From positions 25,078-89,077 of IMG/VR virus record IMGVR_UViG_3300048861_000143: a stretch of DNA of 64,000 nucleotides, one strand, 5' to 3'. This document shows, in pieces, positions 53,349 through 63,112 of the stretch (positions are counted from its first letter, which is position 1; every line of letters starts with the position of its first letter). Both the position numbers and the translations under genes were made by a program. The notes beneath the pieces are model-generated. The model had not been told where the DNA came from and searched no databases. It worked only from the letters and a program-made list of their open reading frames with translations. Source of the DNA: a virus.

Positions 53349-56300
53349 ATGCAGGGAACACCATCGGGTGCCATCGAGGGCTCCGCAGACACGCTGGAAG
53401 GCCCCGTGACCACTTCTCAACTCAGCTTCTTCTCTACTCATGCACCGGAAGCGGCCGACGTTCCGGCCACGGACTACCGGCTGTTCGGTCGCCGCGCCCT
53501 GGCCTCCGGCTGGAAAGCCCGGGCGCTCGACAACATCGTGGCGGTCGAGCTCTCCAAGAGGATCGAGAGCGAGGGCCGCCCGGCCACGGATGAGGAAAAA
53601 GACCAACTCATCAAGTTCGTCGGGTTCGGGGCCACCGAACTGGCCACGAGCATCATCTCTAAGCCGTTTCGTGCCGGGTGGGAGAAGATCGGCACGCGCC
53701 TCCACCGCGCGATTACAGCGGAGGAACTGAAAGAGCTCGCGCGCGCGACGCAGTATGCGCACTACACGCCCGAGTTCATCATCAAGGCGATGTGGAAGGG
53801 AATGCGCCGCCTGGGGTTCACTGGCGGCGCCGTGCTCGAGCCTGGGTGCGGAACCGGCCTGTTCCTCGCTCTCATGCCGGAGGGGATGAAGAGCCGGTCC
53901 ACCTTCCTTGGTGTGGAAGCGTGCTCTGTCACAGCCCGGATCTCGCGGCTGCTCTATCCCGAGAGCGACATTTGGTGCGGCGACTTCACGCGGGAGACGA
54001 TCCCGCCGGCCTTCGACCTGGCGATCGGCAACCCGCCGTTCTCGTCAGTCTCCATCCAAGGACGGGACGAAATCGGCAAGCTGGGCCTGTCTCTCCACGA
54101 CTACTTCATTGCCCGATCCATCGACGCGTTGCGGCCGGGCGGTCTCGCCGCCTTCGTGGTCTCCCGCTACACGATGGACAAGTCGGACACGACGGCTCGC
54201 GAGTTCATCGCCGACCGCGCCGATCTACTCGGCGCCATTCGGATGCCCCACGGCGCGATGAGCGCTGAGGCTGGGACCGAGGTCGTGGTTGACCTGCTGT
54301 TCTTCCAGCGTCGTGAGACTCTGCTCGGCGCCGACGCGGCGCGGCCCGAGTGGGTGAACGTCGGCCCGACCTACCTGTCGATCGACGGCAAGCCCGCGCA
54401 CATCAACGAATACTTCCTCTCCAACCCGCACATGATGTTGGGCGAGGGCGCGATCGTCAGCAGCCAGCACGGCCCGACATGGACCTGCAAGGGAAGCGTC
54501 ACCGACCTCGACATCCTTCTGGCCGATGCGATCCGCATGCTGCCAGAGAAGATCTACCAGCCAACGACGCTGCCTCGGCCGGCCCCGGCGGCCGGACCGC
54601 GCGTCCGGATCGGCACCGCGGCCGACCGCGCCCGCATCAAGGAAGGCAGCTACTTCGTCCAGGACGACACGCTTTTCCAGGTGATCGACGGCGCGCCTAT
54701 GACGGTGCAGGTCAAGGACGGAAAGGGCACCGAGGGTATTTTCAAGAAAACGGCCAAGATCATCCGCGGGATGATCGGGCTGAGGGATGCCGTCCGGGAC
54801 ATTCTCGCCGCTCAGGAAGCGGATCTACCCTGGCAGGAGCACCAGGCCCGGCTTCGGACGCTCTACGCGGGGTTCGTGCACGAGTTCGGGCCGGTCAACC
54901 TCACCACGGTCTCGGAGCGGCCGGACCCAAAGACCGGCGAGCCACGGCAGTATTTCAGATACCCGAACGTCGCGGCGTTCCGGGACGATCCTGACTGTCC
55001 GCTGGTGCAGGTCATCGAGGACTATGACCCGACCACGGGGATCGCAACCAAGGGTCCGATCTTCACTGACCGGGTGATCTCTCCTCCAACCGAGGTGATC
55101 ATATCCTGCCCTGCCGACGCCCTGGTCGTGGTTCTCAACGAGCTCGGTAAGGTCAACCTGGGCCGCATCGGGGAGCTGCTCGGGGTGCCGGAGCCAGCCG
55201 TCATCTCGGCTCTCGGTGACCTGATCTACCTGAACCCGTCATCCGGCGAGTGGGAAACGGCCGATGCCTACCTGTCGGGCAACGTTCGCAGAAAACTCGC
55301 GGAGGCAAAGGAAGCCGCGGCCACGGACCATCGCCTCGAAAGGAATGTGAAGGCGCTGCAGGAAAAGCTGCCCGTCGATCTGCTTCCGAGCGAGATCACC
55401 GCGCGCTTGGGCGCATCGTGGATCCCGGTGGATGTTATCGAAGCGTTCAGCCTCGAGGTGCTCAAGATCAGGGCTCGCGTATTCCACACGCCGGAGATCG
55501 GTCTGTGGTCAGTGGACGCGGCCGCGTTCAAGTCGTCAGCAGCCGCTCTTGCGGACTGGGGCACTCGGCGGCGCCACGCGGGCGACCTACTGCTGGATGC
55601 GCTGACGTCCAACATCCCGCAGATTTACGACACGATCAGGGACATCAACGGCGAGGTCCGTGTCCTCAACGTGAAGGAGACGCAGGCAGCCCAGGACAAG
55701 CTCGCGGCCATCAAGGAGGCATTCTCCGAATGGGTTTGGAAGGAGCCCAAGCGCGCCGATCGGTTGGCCGGGATCTACAACGAGACCTTCAACAACATCG
55801 TGCCTCGGTCATTCGACGGAAGCCACCTGGTGCTGCCGGGCGCGTCCGACACGGTGCAGCTCCGGCAGCACCAGAAGCGAGGCGCATGGCGCATGGTGTG
55901 CGCCGGCTCGACGTATCTCTCGCACGTCGTCGGAGCTGGCAAGACCATGTGCCTTATCGCTGGCTGCATGGAGCAGAAGCGCCTCGGCCTGATCACGAAG
56001 CCAATGATCGTCGTGCCGGGCCATACGCTCTACCAGTGGGCGCGCGAGTTCCTGCAGCTTTATCCGAACGCGAACATACTGCTGGCCGACGAGGAGAACT
56101 TCTCCAAGGAGAAGCGCAAGCGCTTCGTGGCGCGCGCCGCCACCGGCAACTGGGATGCGGTCATCATCACGCACTCAGCCTTCAAGTTCATCTCGGTCCC
56201 GACGGAATTCGAGGCCGGCATGATCGAAGCCCAGCTCGATACCTACGACGAGATGCTAGAGCACGCGGACAAGTCGGATCGGACTTCCGTCAAGAAGCTC

Positions 56301-58451
56301 GAACGTCTCAAAGAGGGCCTGCAGCGTCGGCTCGACGCCCTCTCCGCGATCAAGGACGATCTGCTGACCATCGGAGAGATGGGCGTGGACAGCCTTGTGG
56401 TGGACGAGGCGCAGCAGTTCCGCAAGCTGCCGTTCCCAACGAACATGAGCGGCCTCAAGGGAGTGGATCCCGAGGGGTCGCAGCGGGCCTGGGATCTCTA
56501 CGTCAAGTCCAAGTATCTCGACGAGCGGAACCCTGGTCGCGCGCTGTTCATGGCATCGGGCACGCCCATCACCAACACGATGGGCGAGCTGTTCACACTG
56601 CTCCGCTTCATGAACGAGCCGGCCCTGTTCGAGCGCAACATCCAGTACTTCGATGCCTGGGCGTCGTGCTTTGGTGAGACCAAGACGGAGCTCGAGCTTC
56701 AGCCGTCGGGGCAATACAAGGCTGTCACTCGGTTCAGTCAGTTCGTGAACATCCCTGAGCTGACGTCGATGTTTCTCGATGTGGCTGACGTCGTGCTCTC
56801 CGATGACCTTGCCCAGTTCGTGAAGCTGCCTGCGATACTGGGCGGCCAGCGGAAGGTATTGACCTTCGACGGCGGCTCGGGGTTCCGGGCGGCTCAGAAG
56901 CTGCTCGCGACCCGTCTGGAAAAGATCAAGCAGCGCTCAGGTAAGCCGCAAAAGGGAGACGACATCATCCTGACCGTCATCAATGACGGCAGGCTCGATG
57001 CGATCGACCTGCGTCAGGGCGGCCTTGCGAACAGCGTCAGGGTGCTCGGCAAGGACTCCTCGGATGGCTGGTATACCGAGGTTATGCGGCGTCTCAACAG
57101 CATGGAGGCGTTCGCCAACAACCCCGGGAACAAGCTGAATGGGATGATCGACAACGTCATCTCCATTTGGCGGGAAACAGCGAACGATCGGTTCGTGAAC
57201 CCGGCCAACGGCGAGTACTATCCACGTCCGGGCGGGGCTCAGATGATCTTCTGCGACATCGGAACCCCGGCCACTGCCGAAAAGCATGGGTTCAGCGCTT
57301 ACGACTGGATCGTGAGGCGGCTGGTGGCGGCTGGCATCCCGCGAGAGGAAATCGCGGTCATCCACGACTTCAACAAGCTCGAGGCCAAGCTCCGGCTGTT
57401 CAGCGCGGTCAACCAGGGCAGCGTTCGCATTTTGCTCGGTTCCTCCGAGAAGATGGGCACGGGCGTCAATGCGCAGCAGCGCCTCGTAGCGATGCACCAC
57501 CTGGATGCTCCGTGGCTGCCAGCCTTGGTGGAGCAGCGCGAGGGCCGCATCCGGCGGCAGGGAAACCAGAACGAGACGATCCGCATCTTCGCCTACGCGA
57601 CTCTCGGATCAATGGACGCCACGATGTGGCAAATTCTGGAACGCAAGATGCGGTTCATCGACGCCGTGATGCGCGGCGACAAGTCGGTGCGCCGTCTCGA
57701 CGACCTGGATACAGACAGTCAGGCAGATCAGTTCGCGATGGCGAAGGCCATGGCGAGTGGTGACGACCGCCTGATGCAGAAGGCGGGTCTCGAGGTGCAG
57801 ATCGCCAGGCTCCAGCGCCAGCGGGCCGCCTATTACGATGCGCAGTCGCTGATCCGGCGCGAGATCAAATACGCCGAGGAGTCGCTGCTCAGCGCCCGGT
57901 CGGATCTGGAGAAGATCGCTGCTGACGAGGCGATCATGCAGGTTCCGGAGCCGTTCAGCATCACGGTCGCCGGCGAGGTGCACACGGAGCGGAAGCCCGC
58001 GGCCGAATCGCTTATGGGCTGGATCCGGACCGCTGACCTCGAAAAGCGGGTCGGGACCTTCACGATCGGAGATTACGCGGGCTTCAAACTGGAAGCGCGC
58101 GGGTCTCGATACGAGAAGGCCAAGGGAGAGCTCGGCTACGCCCTGACCCTGAGGGTCATGCGGACCGGCCTCAGCAAAGGCGTGTACGACATGGACATCT
58201 CCGATCCGCTCTCGCTGCTGCGGCGGATCGAGCACGCGGTGGTTCCCGGCATCGCCGATCACCGCGCGCAAGTAGAGATGGTCATTGAGGCCGCCGAGAA
58301 GCGCATCGCTGAATTCAAGCCACGCATCAGCGATGCGCCGTTCGATCACCAAGCAGACCTGGACGAGAAACAGGAACGCCTCAGGGAGATCGAGGAGAGC
58401 CTTGCCGCCTCGGAGCAGGCGGAAACCCAGCAGGAGCAGAAAGCCGCCTGA
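53349..58451 (+). CDS. N6-adenine methyltransferase-SNF2 helicase fusion (DarB-like)
   Basis: LEPGCGTGLF, IGNPPF; helicase HVVGAGKT, VDEAQ, ASGTPITN, HHLDAPW..ALVEQREGRIRRQGN. Confidence 0.92.
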   Translation: MQGTPSGAIEGSADTLEGPVTTSQLSFFSTHAPEAADVPATDYRLFGRRALASGWKARALDNIVAVELSKRIESEGRPATDEEKDQLIKFVGFGATELATSIISKPFRAGWEKIGTRLHRAITAEELKELARATQYAHYTPEFIIKAMWKGMRRLGFTGGAVLEPGCGTGLFLALMPEGMKSRSTFLGVEACSVTARISRLLYPESDIWCGDFTRETIPPAFDLAIGNPPFSSVSIQGRDEIGKLGLSLHDYFIARSIDALRPGGLAAFVVSRYTMDKSDTTAREFIADRADLLGAIRMPHGAMSAEAGTEVVVDLLFFQRRETLLGADAARPEWVNVGPTYLSIDGKPAHINEYFLSNPHMMLGEGAIVSSQHGPTWTCKGSVTDLDILLADAIRMLPEKIYQPTTLPRPAPAAGPRVRIGTAADRARIKEGSYFVQDDTLFQVIDGAPMTVQVKDGKGTEGIFKKTAKIIRGMIGLRDAVRDILAAQEADLPWQEHQARLRTLYAGFVHEFGPVNLTTVSERPDPKTGEPRQYFRYPNVAAFRDDPDCPLVQVIEDYDPTTGIATKGPIFTDRVISPPTEVIISCPADALVVVLNELGKVNLGRIGELLGVPEPAVISALGDLIYLNPSSGEWETADAYLSGNVRRKLAEAKEAAATDHRLERNVKALQEKLPVDLLPSEITARLGASWIPVDVIEAFSLEVLKIRARVFHTPEIGLWSVDAAAFKSSAAALADWGTRRRHAGDLLLDALTSNIPQIYDTIRDINGEVRVLNVKETQAAQDKLAAIKEAFSEWVWKEPKRADRLAGIYNETFNNIVPRSFDGSHLVLPGASDTVQLRQHQKRGAWRMVCAGSTYLSHVVGAGKTMCLIAGCMEQKRLGLITKPMIVVPGHTLYQWAREFLQLYPNANILLADEENFSKEKRKRFVARAATGNWDAVIITHSAFKFISVPTEFEAGMIEAQLDTYDEMLEHADKSDRTSVKKLERLKEGLQRRLDALSAIKDDLLTIGEMGVDSLVVDEAQQFRKLPFPTNMSGLKGVDPEGSQRAWDLYVKSKYLDERNPGRALFMASGTPITNTMGELFTLLRFMNEPALFERNIQYFDAWASCFGETKTELELQPSGQYKAVTRFSQFVNIPELTSMFLDVADVVLSDDLAQFVKLPAILGGQRKVLTFDGGSGFRAAQKLLATRLEKIKQRSGKPQKGDDIILTVINDGRLDAIDLRQGGLANSVRVLGKDSSDGWYTEVMRRLNSMEAFANNPGNKLNGMIDNVISIWRETANDRFVNPANGEYYPRPGGAQMIFCDIGTPATAEKHGFSAYDWIVRRLVAAGIPREEIAVIHDFNKLEAKLRLFSAVNQGSVRILLGSSEKMGTGVNAQQRLVAMHHLDAPWLPALVEQREGRIRRQGNQNETIRIFAYATLGSMDATMWQILERKMRFIDAVMRGDKSVRRLDDLDTDSQADQFAMAKAMASGDDRLMQKAGLEVQIARLQRQRAAYYDAQSLIRREIKYAEESLLSARSDLEKIAADEAIMQVPEPFSITVAGEVHTERKPAAESLMGWIRTADLEKRVGTFTIGDYAGFKLEARGSRYEKAKGELGYALTLRVMRTGLSKGVYDMDISDPLSLLRRIEHAVVPGIADHRAQVEMVIEAAEKRIAEFKPRISDAPFDHQADLDEKQERLREIEESLAASEQAETQQEQKAA

Positions 58452-58455
58452 GCAG

Positions 58456-58483
58456 CGGCGGGTGGCGATCAGGCCACCCGCCG
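58456..58483 (+). promoter_or_regulatory. Early-arm hairpin element copy 12
   Basis: CGGCGGGTGG-CGATCAGG-CCACCCGCCG (compensatory GTGG/CCAC); ATG at 58504. Confidence 0.75.
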
Positions 58484-58503
58484 AAGAAATAGGAGCCACG
58501 AGA

Positions 58504-58842
58504 ATGCACTGCACGCCAACATACCGCTTCCACATCCGTCGCCTGCAGGCTGGAAGCAATGTCTTCGGGGACTGCGAAGTCTGCGGGAAGCCCGTTGCCA
58601 CGGTCTACCAGCAGATCAGGGAATGCGCGATCGCACTCGAGCGCGACGACGCCGCGCGGCTCTGGAAGATTTACCCCAGCGGTACGGCGTGGGCTCCAGC
58701 AGGTGACCTCTACGGGCACTTCGACTGCCTCTTGAAGGTCAGGACGCAGGGGTGCCGCGGCACCCAGGAGCCGTCCTTTCTCGCTGCGACGATCGCCCCC
58801 GCCGGGCGCATGCACCAACAGCAGGACGGAGGCACGGCATGA
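58504..58842 (+). CDS. Hypothetical protein with CxxC
   Basis: MHCTPTYRFHIRRL...FGDCEVCGKP; AGGAG RBS. Confidence 0.6.
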   Translation: MHCTPTYRFHIRRLQAGSNVFGDCEVCGKPVATVYQQIRECAIALERDDAARLWKIYPSGTAWAPAGDLYGHFDCLLKVRTQGCRGTQEPSFLAATIAPAGRMHQQQDGGTA

Positions 58843-59114
58843 CCGAAGAACTCATCGAGCTTCGCCGGCCACTGCCGGACTTGGCGCTGTCGATCCAGGG
58901 ACTGCCTCCCGATCTGCCGCGACCCTACGAGAGCGTCCGGCTCAGAGTGCCAGGTCGCCGCGTGCCAATCGCCTACGTCCTCACCGGTTATTCGAAGGAC
59001 GATGAAGGCGAGTGGCACTTCAATGCTCGCGATGCTTTCGGCCGCGAAGTGCCCGGGCACATCGACCAGCTGCGGCCTCTCACCAAGCTGGAGTCCCACC
59101 ATGCTGACAGATGA
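58839..59114 (+). CDS. Hypothetical protein
   Basis: MTEELIELRRPLPDL...; ATGA coupling. Confidence 0.6.
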   Translation: MTEELIELRRPLPDLALSIQGLPPDLPRPYESVRLRVPGRRVPIAYVLTGYSKDDEGEWHFNARDAFGREVPGHIDQLRPLTKLESHHADR

Positions 59115-59355
59115 ACCGAAGAGCCTCACGGGCGTCGAAGAAGACGTCCAGAATATCCTGACAGCCCTCGCCCCGCTTCGGCTCACGGCGCGGTCTGTCA
59201 TCGGTGCGGCGATCGTCGGGCAGCCGAGCGTCATGCGGATGCTGATCAAGGACCTCTCCGACCAGGCCACTCATCTCGCTGAGTGCTGCGAGGCGCTCCT
59301 CAACACCACGGATCACCTCGAGCTGGAACCGGCTGAGGATGTCCCGTCATGCTGA
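59101..59355 (+). CDS. Hypothetical helical protein
   Basis: MLTDEPKSLTGVEEDVQNIL...; GGAG RBS. Confidence 0.55.
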   Translation: MLTDEPKSLTGVEEDVQNILTALAPLRLTARSVIGAAIVGQPSVMRMLIKDLSDQATHLAECCEALLNTTDHLELEPAEDVPSC

Positions 59356-60356
59356 TAACCGCAGGGGAAAGGGGACTGGCCGAGCGCGTCGCGGAGCTGC
59401 AGGAGCGTTCGGCCGAGTATGCGGCCCAGGCCTACGGCGAGGGCACCCGGGCAGTGTACCGGCGTTCCGGGGTGGCCTACCAGGATTGGTGCCGCCGGCA
59501 TGCCCGCGCGGCTTACGACGGAGATCCTGAGACCGTCGCGCTCTACATCACCGACTGCGCCGAGCGTGGGTTCTCTGTCAGCACCATCCGGATCCATCTC
59601 GCGGCGATCCGTACGGCCCACAAGCTGGTCGGCGTCCCGCTTGATCTGAGCCATCCCCGTCTGGCCATGGTGCGGGAGGGTATCGCCCGGTCAAAGGGCG
59701 TGGCGCCGCGCCGCAGGGCGGCTGCAGCGGTCCCGGACGTGCTCCGGGCCATGCTGGGCACCCGGCAGCCTGCGACGGCCCCAGCGGGCGCCAGAGACCG
59801 CGCAATGCTGCTGATCGGGTTTGGGGCCGGGCTCCGCCGATCGGAGCTGGTCGGGCTGCACATCGGCGACGTCGAGATCGTCCCTGGCCGTGGCCTGCGC
59901 GTGAATATCCGCCGGTCGAAGACGGATCAGCGTGGCACGGGGTGTACGGTCAACGTGTGCGCCAACCCTAAGGATCCTGATTTCTGCCCAGCAGAGGCGC
60001 TCGACCGATGGATGGAGCACCGCTCGGCCGCCGCCGATGGCGCGCCTCCTGATGGGCCGCTCTTCTGTGGTGTGCGCCGGTCGGGGAGACTGAAGGCCGA
60101 GCCGTTGTGCGACCAGACTGTCGCTCTGCTGGTCAAGGACGCGGCCCGCAAGGCGGGATACGACCCGACCTCGTTCTCCGGGCACTCCCTGCGGCGCGGC
60201 CTTGTCACGACCCTGGCCGGCCGGGGCGCCTCGCTGTCGGGCACGATGGAGCACGTCCGGCATGCCGATCCGAAGAACACGATGATCTACATCGAGCAGC
60301 AGCGGGGCTGGGAGAGCAACGTCACGGGCCTGATCTTCGGGGGAGAGCGGCCATGA
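59349..60356 (+). CDS. Tyrosine recombinase (Cre/Xer-like)
   Basis: SAM-like N-domain; RDRAMLLIGFGAGLRRSEL, SKTDQ, FSGHSLRRG, RH, MIY catalytic residues. Confidence 0.92.
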   Translation: MLITAGERGLAERVAELQERSAEYAAQAYGEGTRAVYRRSGVAYQDWCRRHARAAYDGDPETVALYITDCAERGFSVSTIRIHLAAIRTAHKLVGVPLDLSHPRLAMVREGIARSKGVAPRRRAAAAVPDVLRAMLGTRQPATAPAGARDRAMLLIGFGAGLRRSELVGLHIGDVEIVPGRGLRVNIRRSKTDQRGTGCTVNVCANPKDPDFCPAEALDRWMEHRSAAADGAPPDGPLFCGVRRSGRLKAEPLCDQTVALLVKDAARKAGYDPTSFSGHSLRRGLVTTLAGRGASLSGTMEHVRHADPKNTMIYIEQQRGWESNVTGLIFGGERP

Positions 60357-60724
60357 AGGCGCCCCTCGCCGTGGCTGCGCTCCTCATCCTGACCCTTGGA
60401 CCCGCTCTGGCCCAGGATGACGAGGCGATCGACGTCTCTCCGGGCCCATCTCATCTCGAGCTGTCGCTCATGACAAAAGGCGAGCAGCTGATGGATCAGG
60501 GCGACATCAGCGGCGCCAGAAAGGCGCTCTTGCCAGCAGCAAACCATGGGGCGGCCGAGGCGCTGCGCTGCCTGGCTCAGACCTACGATCCGAAGTGGCT
60601 CGCTGACCACAACGTGGTCGGCCTCGAGGGACTGACCGACCTCGGGAAGGCTGCCGAGCTCTACGCCAAAGCCAAGGCTGCCGGCGACAAGATCGCGGCG
60701 GCGCGTTTTCCAGGAGACCGATGA
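60353..60724 (+). CDS. Exported Sel1/TPR-like protein
   Basis: Signal peptide MKAPLAVAALLILTLGPALA; QGDISGARKALLPAA..G.AEAL..LAQTYDP...AAELYAKAK. Confidence 0.75.
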   Translation: MKAPLAVAALLILTLGPALAQDDEAIDVSPGPSHLELSLMTKGEQLMDQGDISGARKALLPAANHGAAEALRCLAQTYDPKWLADHNVVGLEGLTDLGKAAELYAKAKAAGDKIAAARFPGDR

Positions 60725-61758
60725 TGATGAAGCGCGTTCTTGCGGCCCTTCTCGGGGCAACCATGCTCGCCTCCCCTGCGCTGGCCGACCAGGGCCCCGT
60801 TGGCGTGATCACCGGAATGCCGAGCGGCACTTACGCGGCGACCGGGTGGAATCTGACTAGCCTGGACACGCCGCAAATGCGCGTCGTCGTCATGCTGGGA
60901 AAGGGCTCCCTCCAGAACCTCAGTGACCTGCTCCACCTCCGCGGGGTCGATGCGGCCTTCGTGCAGGGTGACGCACTCGCCTACGCTCGAGCTCACAACC
61001 TGTTCCCTCCGTCGGACCTGGCGCAGATCCAGTATGTCGCGAAGCTCTACGATGAGGAGGTGCACGTCCTCGCTCGCGCCGGCGTCGAGCGGATAGCGGA
61101 TCTCGCGGGGAAGACGGTGAATGTGGACGTGGAAGGCAGCGGATCCGCCATGACTGCGGAGATCCTGCTTCAGGCGCTCGGGGTCAACGCGAACGTCACC
61201 CACAGGCGCCAGGCCGACGCCGTTGTCGCTCTGAAGAACGGCGAGATTGACGCGATCATTCACGTCGGCGGCGCGCCGATACCGGTGCTCAGCAGCCTCC
61301 CGACCGGGACGCTGCACTTCGTGCCGGTGGCCCTGACGGACACCCTCATCAACACCTATCTGCCAGCCGAGATCACACACGACGAATATCCGAATCTGAT
61401 ACCGGCCGGGGCCGATCCGGTTCAGACGATCGCCGTGAGCGACGTGCTCGCTGTCTTTGGATGGTCGCCGAGCAACCCGAGATACGCCAATGTCGCCCGG
61501 CTGGTGCACGAGCTCTTCGCCCATATCTCCGACCTACAGCAGCCGCCGAACCATCCGAAGTGGCGCGAGGTCAATCTTGCCGCAACTGTGCCCGGGTGGA
61601 CGCGCTTTGCTGGGGCTCAGGCGGAACTCGATAGCGTCTCGCAGCTCCGGCAGTTCAAGGCATTCGCCCAGGCCAGGGACATCCCACCTCCGGTCGTGGA
61701 GCAGCTCTTCCAGGCCTACACGGACTGTGTGCGGAAGCACCTCGCTGCCTGCCAATGA
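60721..61758 (+). CDS. TAXI-family TRAP solute-binding protein
   Basis: Signal peptide; ITGMPSGTY, KGSLQNL.DL, DAAFVQGD, KLYDEEVHVLA, VNVDVEGSGSAMTA. Confidence 0.88.
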   Translation: MMMKRVLAALLGATMLASPALADQGPVGVITGMPSGTYAATGWNLTSLDTPQMRVVVMLGKGSLQNLSDLLHLRGVDAAFVQGDALAYARAHNLFPPSDLAQIQYVAKLYDEEVHVLARAGVERIADLAGKTVNVDVEGSGSAMTAEILLQALGVNANVTHRRQADAVVALKNGEIDAIIHVGGAPIPVLSSLPTGTLHFVPVALTDTLINTYLPAEITHDEYPNLIPAGADPVQTIAVSDVLAVFGWSPSNPRYANVARLVHELFAHISDLQQPPNHPKWREVNLAATVPGWTRFAGAQAELDSVSQLRQFKAFAQARDIPPPVVEQLFQAYTDCVRKHLAACQ

Positions 61759-63086
61759 GTGCGGCCGCGTCGCTGGAGCGGCCTCGGGAGGAGGCCTTCC
61801 AGCTCACCAACGACCAGAAGATCGCCCGGCTCGAGATCCTGAAGAACATGAAGCCGCGCCGACGGCATTTGCTTGAGGGCGAGGCCGGGACCGGCAAGAC
61901 GTTCCTCACACAGGAGGTCGTGCGCGAGGCTCAGAGGCAACGGAAGTCCGTTGCGTGGCTCGCGCCCACCCACAAGGTCGTCGGCGTCGGCGCGCGCAAG
62001 ATGCGCCAGGCTGGGTTAGAGGTGCCTTGCGCTACCGCCGCCAGCTTCCTCGGTCTCGATCTGAAGCCCGGGCCGGAAGGCCGGCTCCGCTTGGAGCGGC
62101 GGAAGTATGCCGAAATCCCCAAGGTTGATGTGGTGATACTCGACGAGGGCTCGCTGATCGATAGTGGATTGTGGGGCCACTGCGAGAGGCTTCTCAGTCA
62201 CGCATTCATCCTGGTGACGGCCGACTTCTGGCAGCTATGGCCGGTCGAAGACAATCAGATCAGCCCGACGTCCGCAATCCCCCATCGGAGCGTCCTAACG
62301 GAGACAGTTAGGCAAGCCGAGGACAATCCCATCCTGCACGTCGCCCGCGCGATCAGGCGACTGCAAGAGGTAGAGGGTATGGACCGGTCCTGGTGCAAGC
62401 CATGCCGGGTGAATGGCAAGGGCGTGTACTTGCCCAGCGATCCCGATGCATGGATGCGCAAAGCCTTCACGTCCCCGGACTTCGCTGCTGATAACGACGC
62501 GTTTCGCTACCTGTGCTGGACAAATGATCGAGTGACGCAGGTCAACGCTCGGGTGCGCCAGTGGATCTATGGAGAGACCGACACCCCGTTTGCGCCCGGC
62601 GAGCGTGTGTTGGCACGCCAACCCATCACGCGCGACGACACAGTGATCCTGAACAACAACGACGAGGCCGTGGTCAAATCGATCAGGCCCAGCGTTTATA
62701 GGCAGCGCTTCCAAACTAAGGGCGATTTCGCCGAGTGGTCTACCGAGATAGACTCTTGGGAGATCGAGCTGATCGCTCCAGAGCAGGAGATCAAAGTCCA
62801 CATCCCGCGTGATGATCGAGCGGTTTCCAACGTCCTGGATCGTCTCGCATCCGAAGCGCGCGGGGTCTGGGCGCGATGGAAGGACTACCACTCGTTCAGA
62901 AACGGCATGGGCCGCCTACAGGCGATTTATGCTCAGACAATCCATACCGCCCAGGGCTCGACACATGCCCACGACTTTGTCGATCTGGGCGACATTTCGC
63001 GCTGTCGTGACGAACAGACGTTGAAGAAGCTTCTCTACGTGGCTGCTTCGCGCCCGACGACGGCGCTGATGTTCGTCGGAACGTAG
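61755..63086 (+). CDS. Dda/RecD-like SF1B helicase
   Basis: GEAGTGKT, LAPTHK, LDEGS, VRQAEDNPI, YAQTIHTAQGST, LYVAASRP. Confidence 0.92.
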   Translation: MSAAASLERPREEAFQLTNDQKIARLEILKNMKPRRRHLLEGEAGTGKTFLTQEVVREAQRQRKSVAWLAPTHKVVGVGARKMRQAGLEVPCATAASFLGLDLKPGPEGRLRLERRKYAEIPKVDVVILDEGSLIDSGLWGHCERLLSHAFILVTADFWQLWPVEDNQISPTSAIPHRSVLTETVRQAEDNPILHVARAIRRLQEVEGMDRSWCKPCRVNGKGVYLPSDPDAWMRKAFTSPDFAADNDAFRYLCWTNDRVTQVNARVRQWIYGETDTPFAPGERVLARQPITRDDTVILNNNDEAVVKSIRPSVYRQRFQTKGDFAEWSTEIDSWEIELIAPEQEIKVHIPRDDRAVSNVLDRLASEARGVWARWKDYHSFRNGMGRLQAIYAQTIHTAQGSTHAHDFVDLGDISRCRDEQTLKKLLYVAASRPTTALMFVGT

Positions 63087-63112
63087 AGGCTTAACCGAAC
63101 GGGATAAGCAAA

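Noticed and set aside
44031-58483. Hairpin copies as a CRISPR array or integron attC sites
   Set aside because: Spacing is 0.5-5 kb with whole genes between copies, there are no cas genes, and the RYYYAAC/GTTRRRY boxes are absent.
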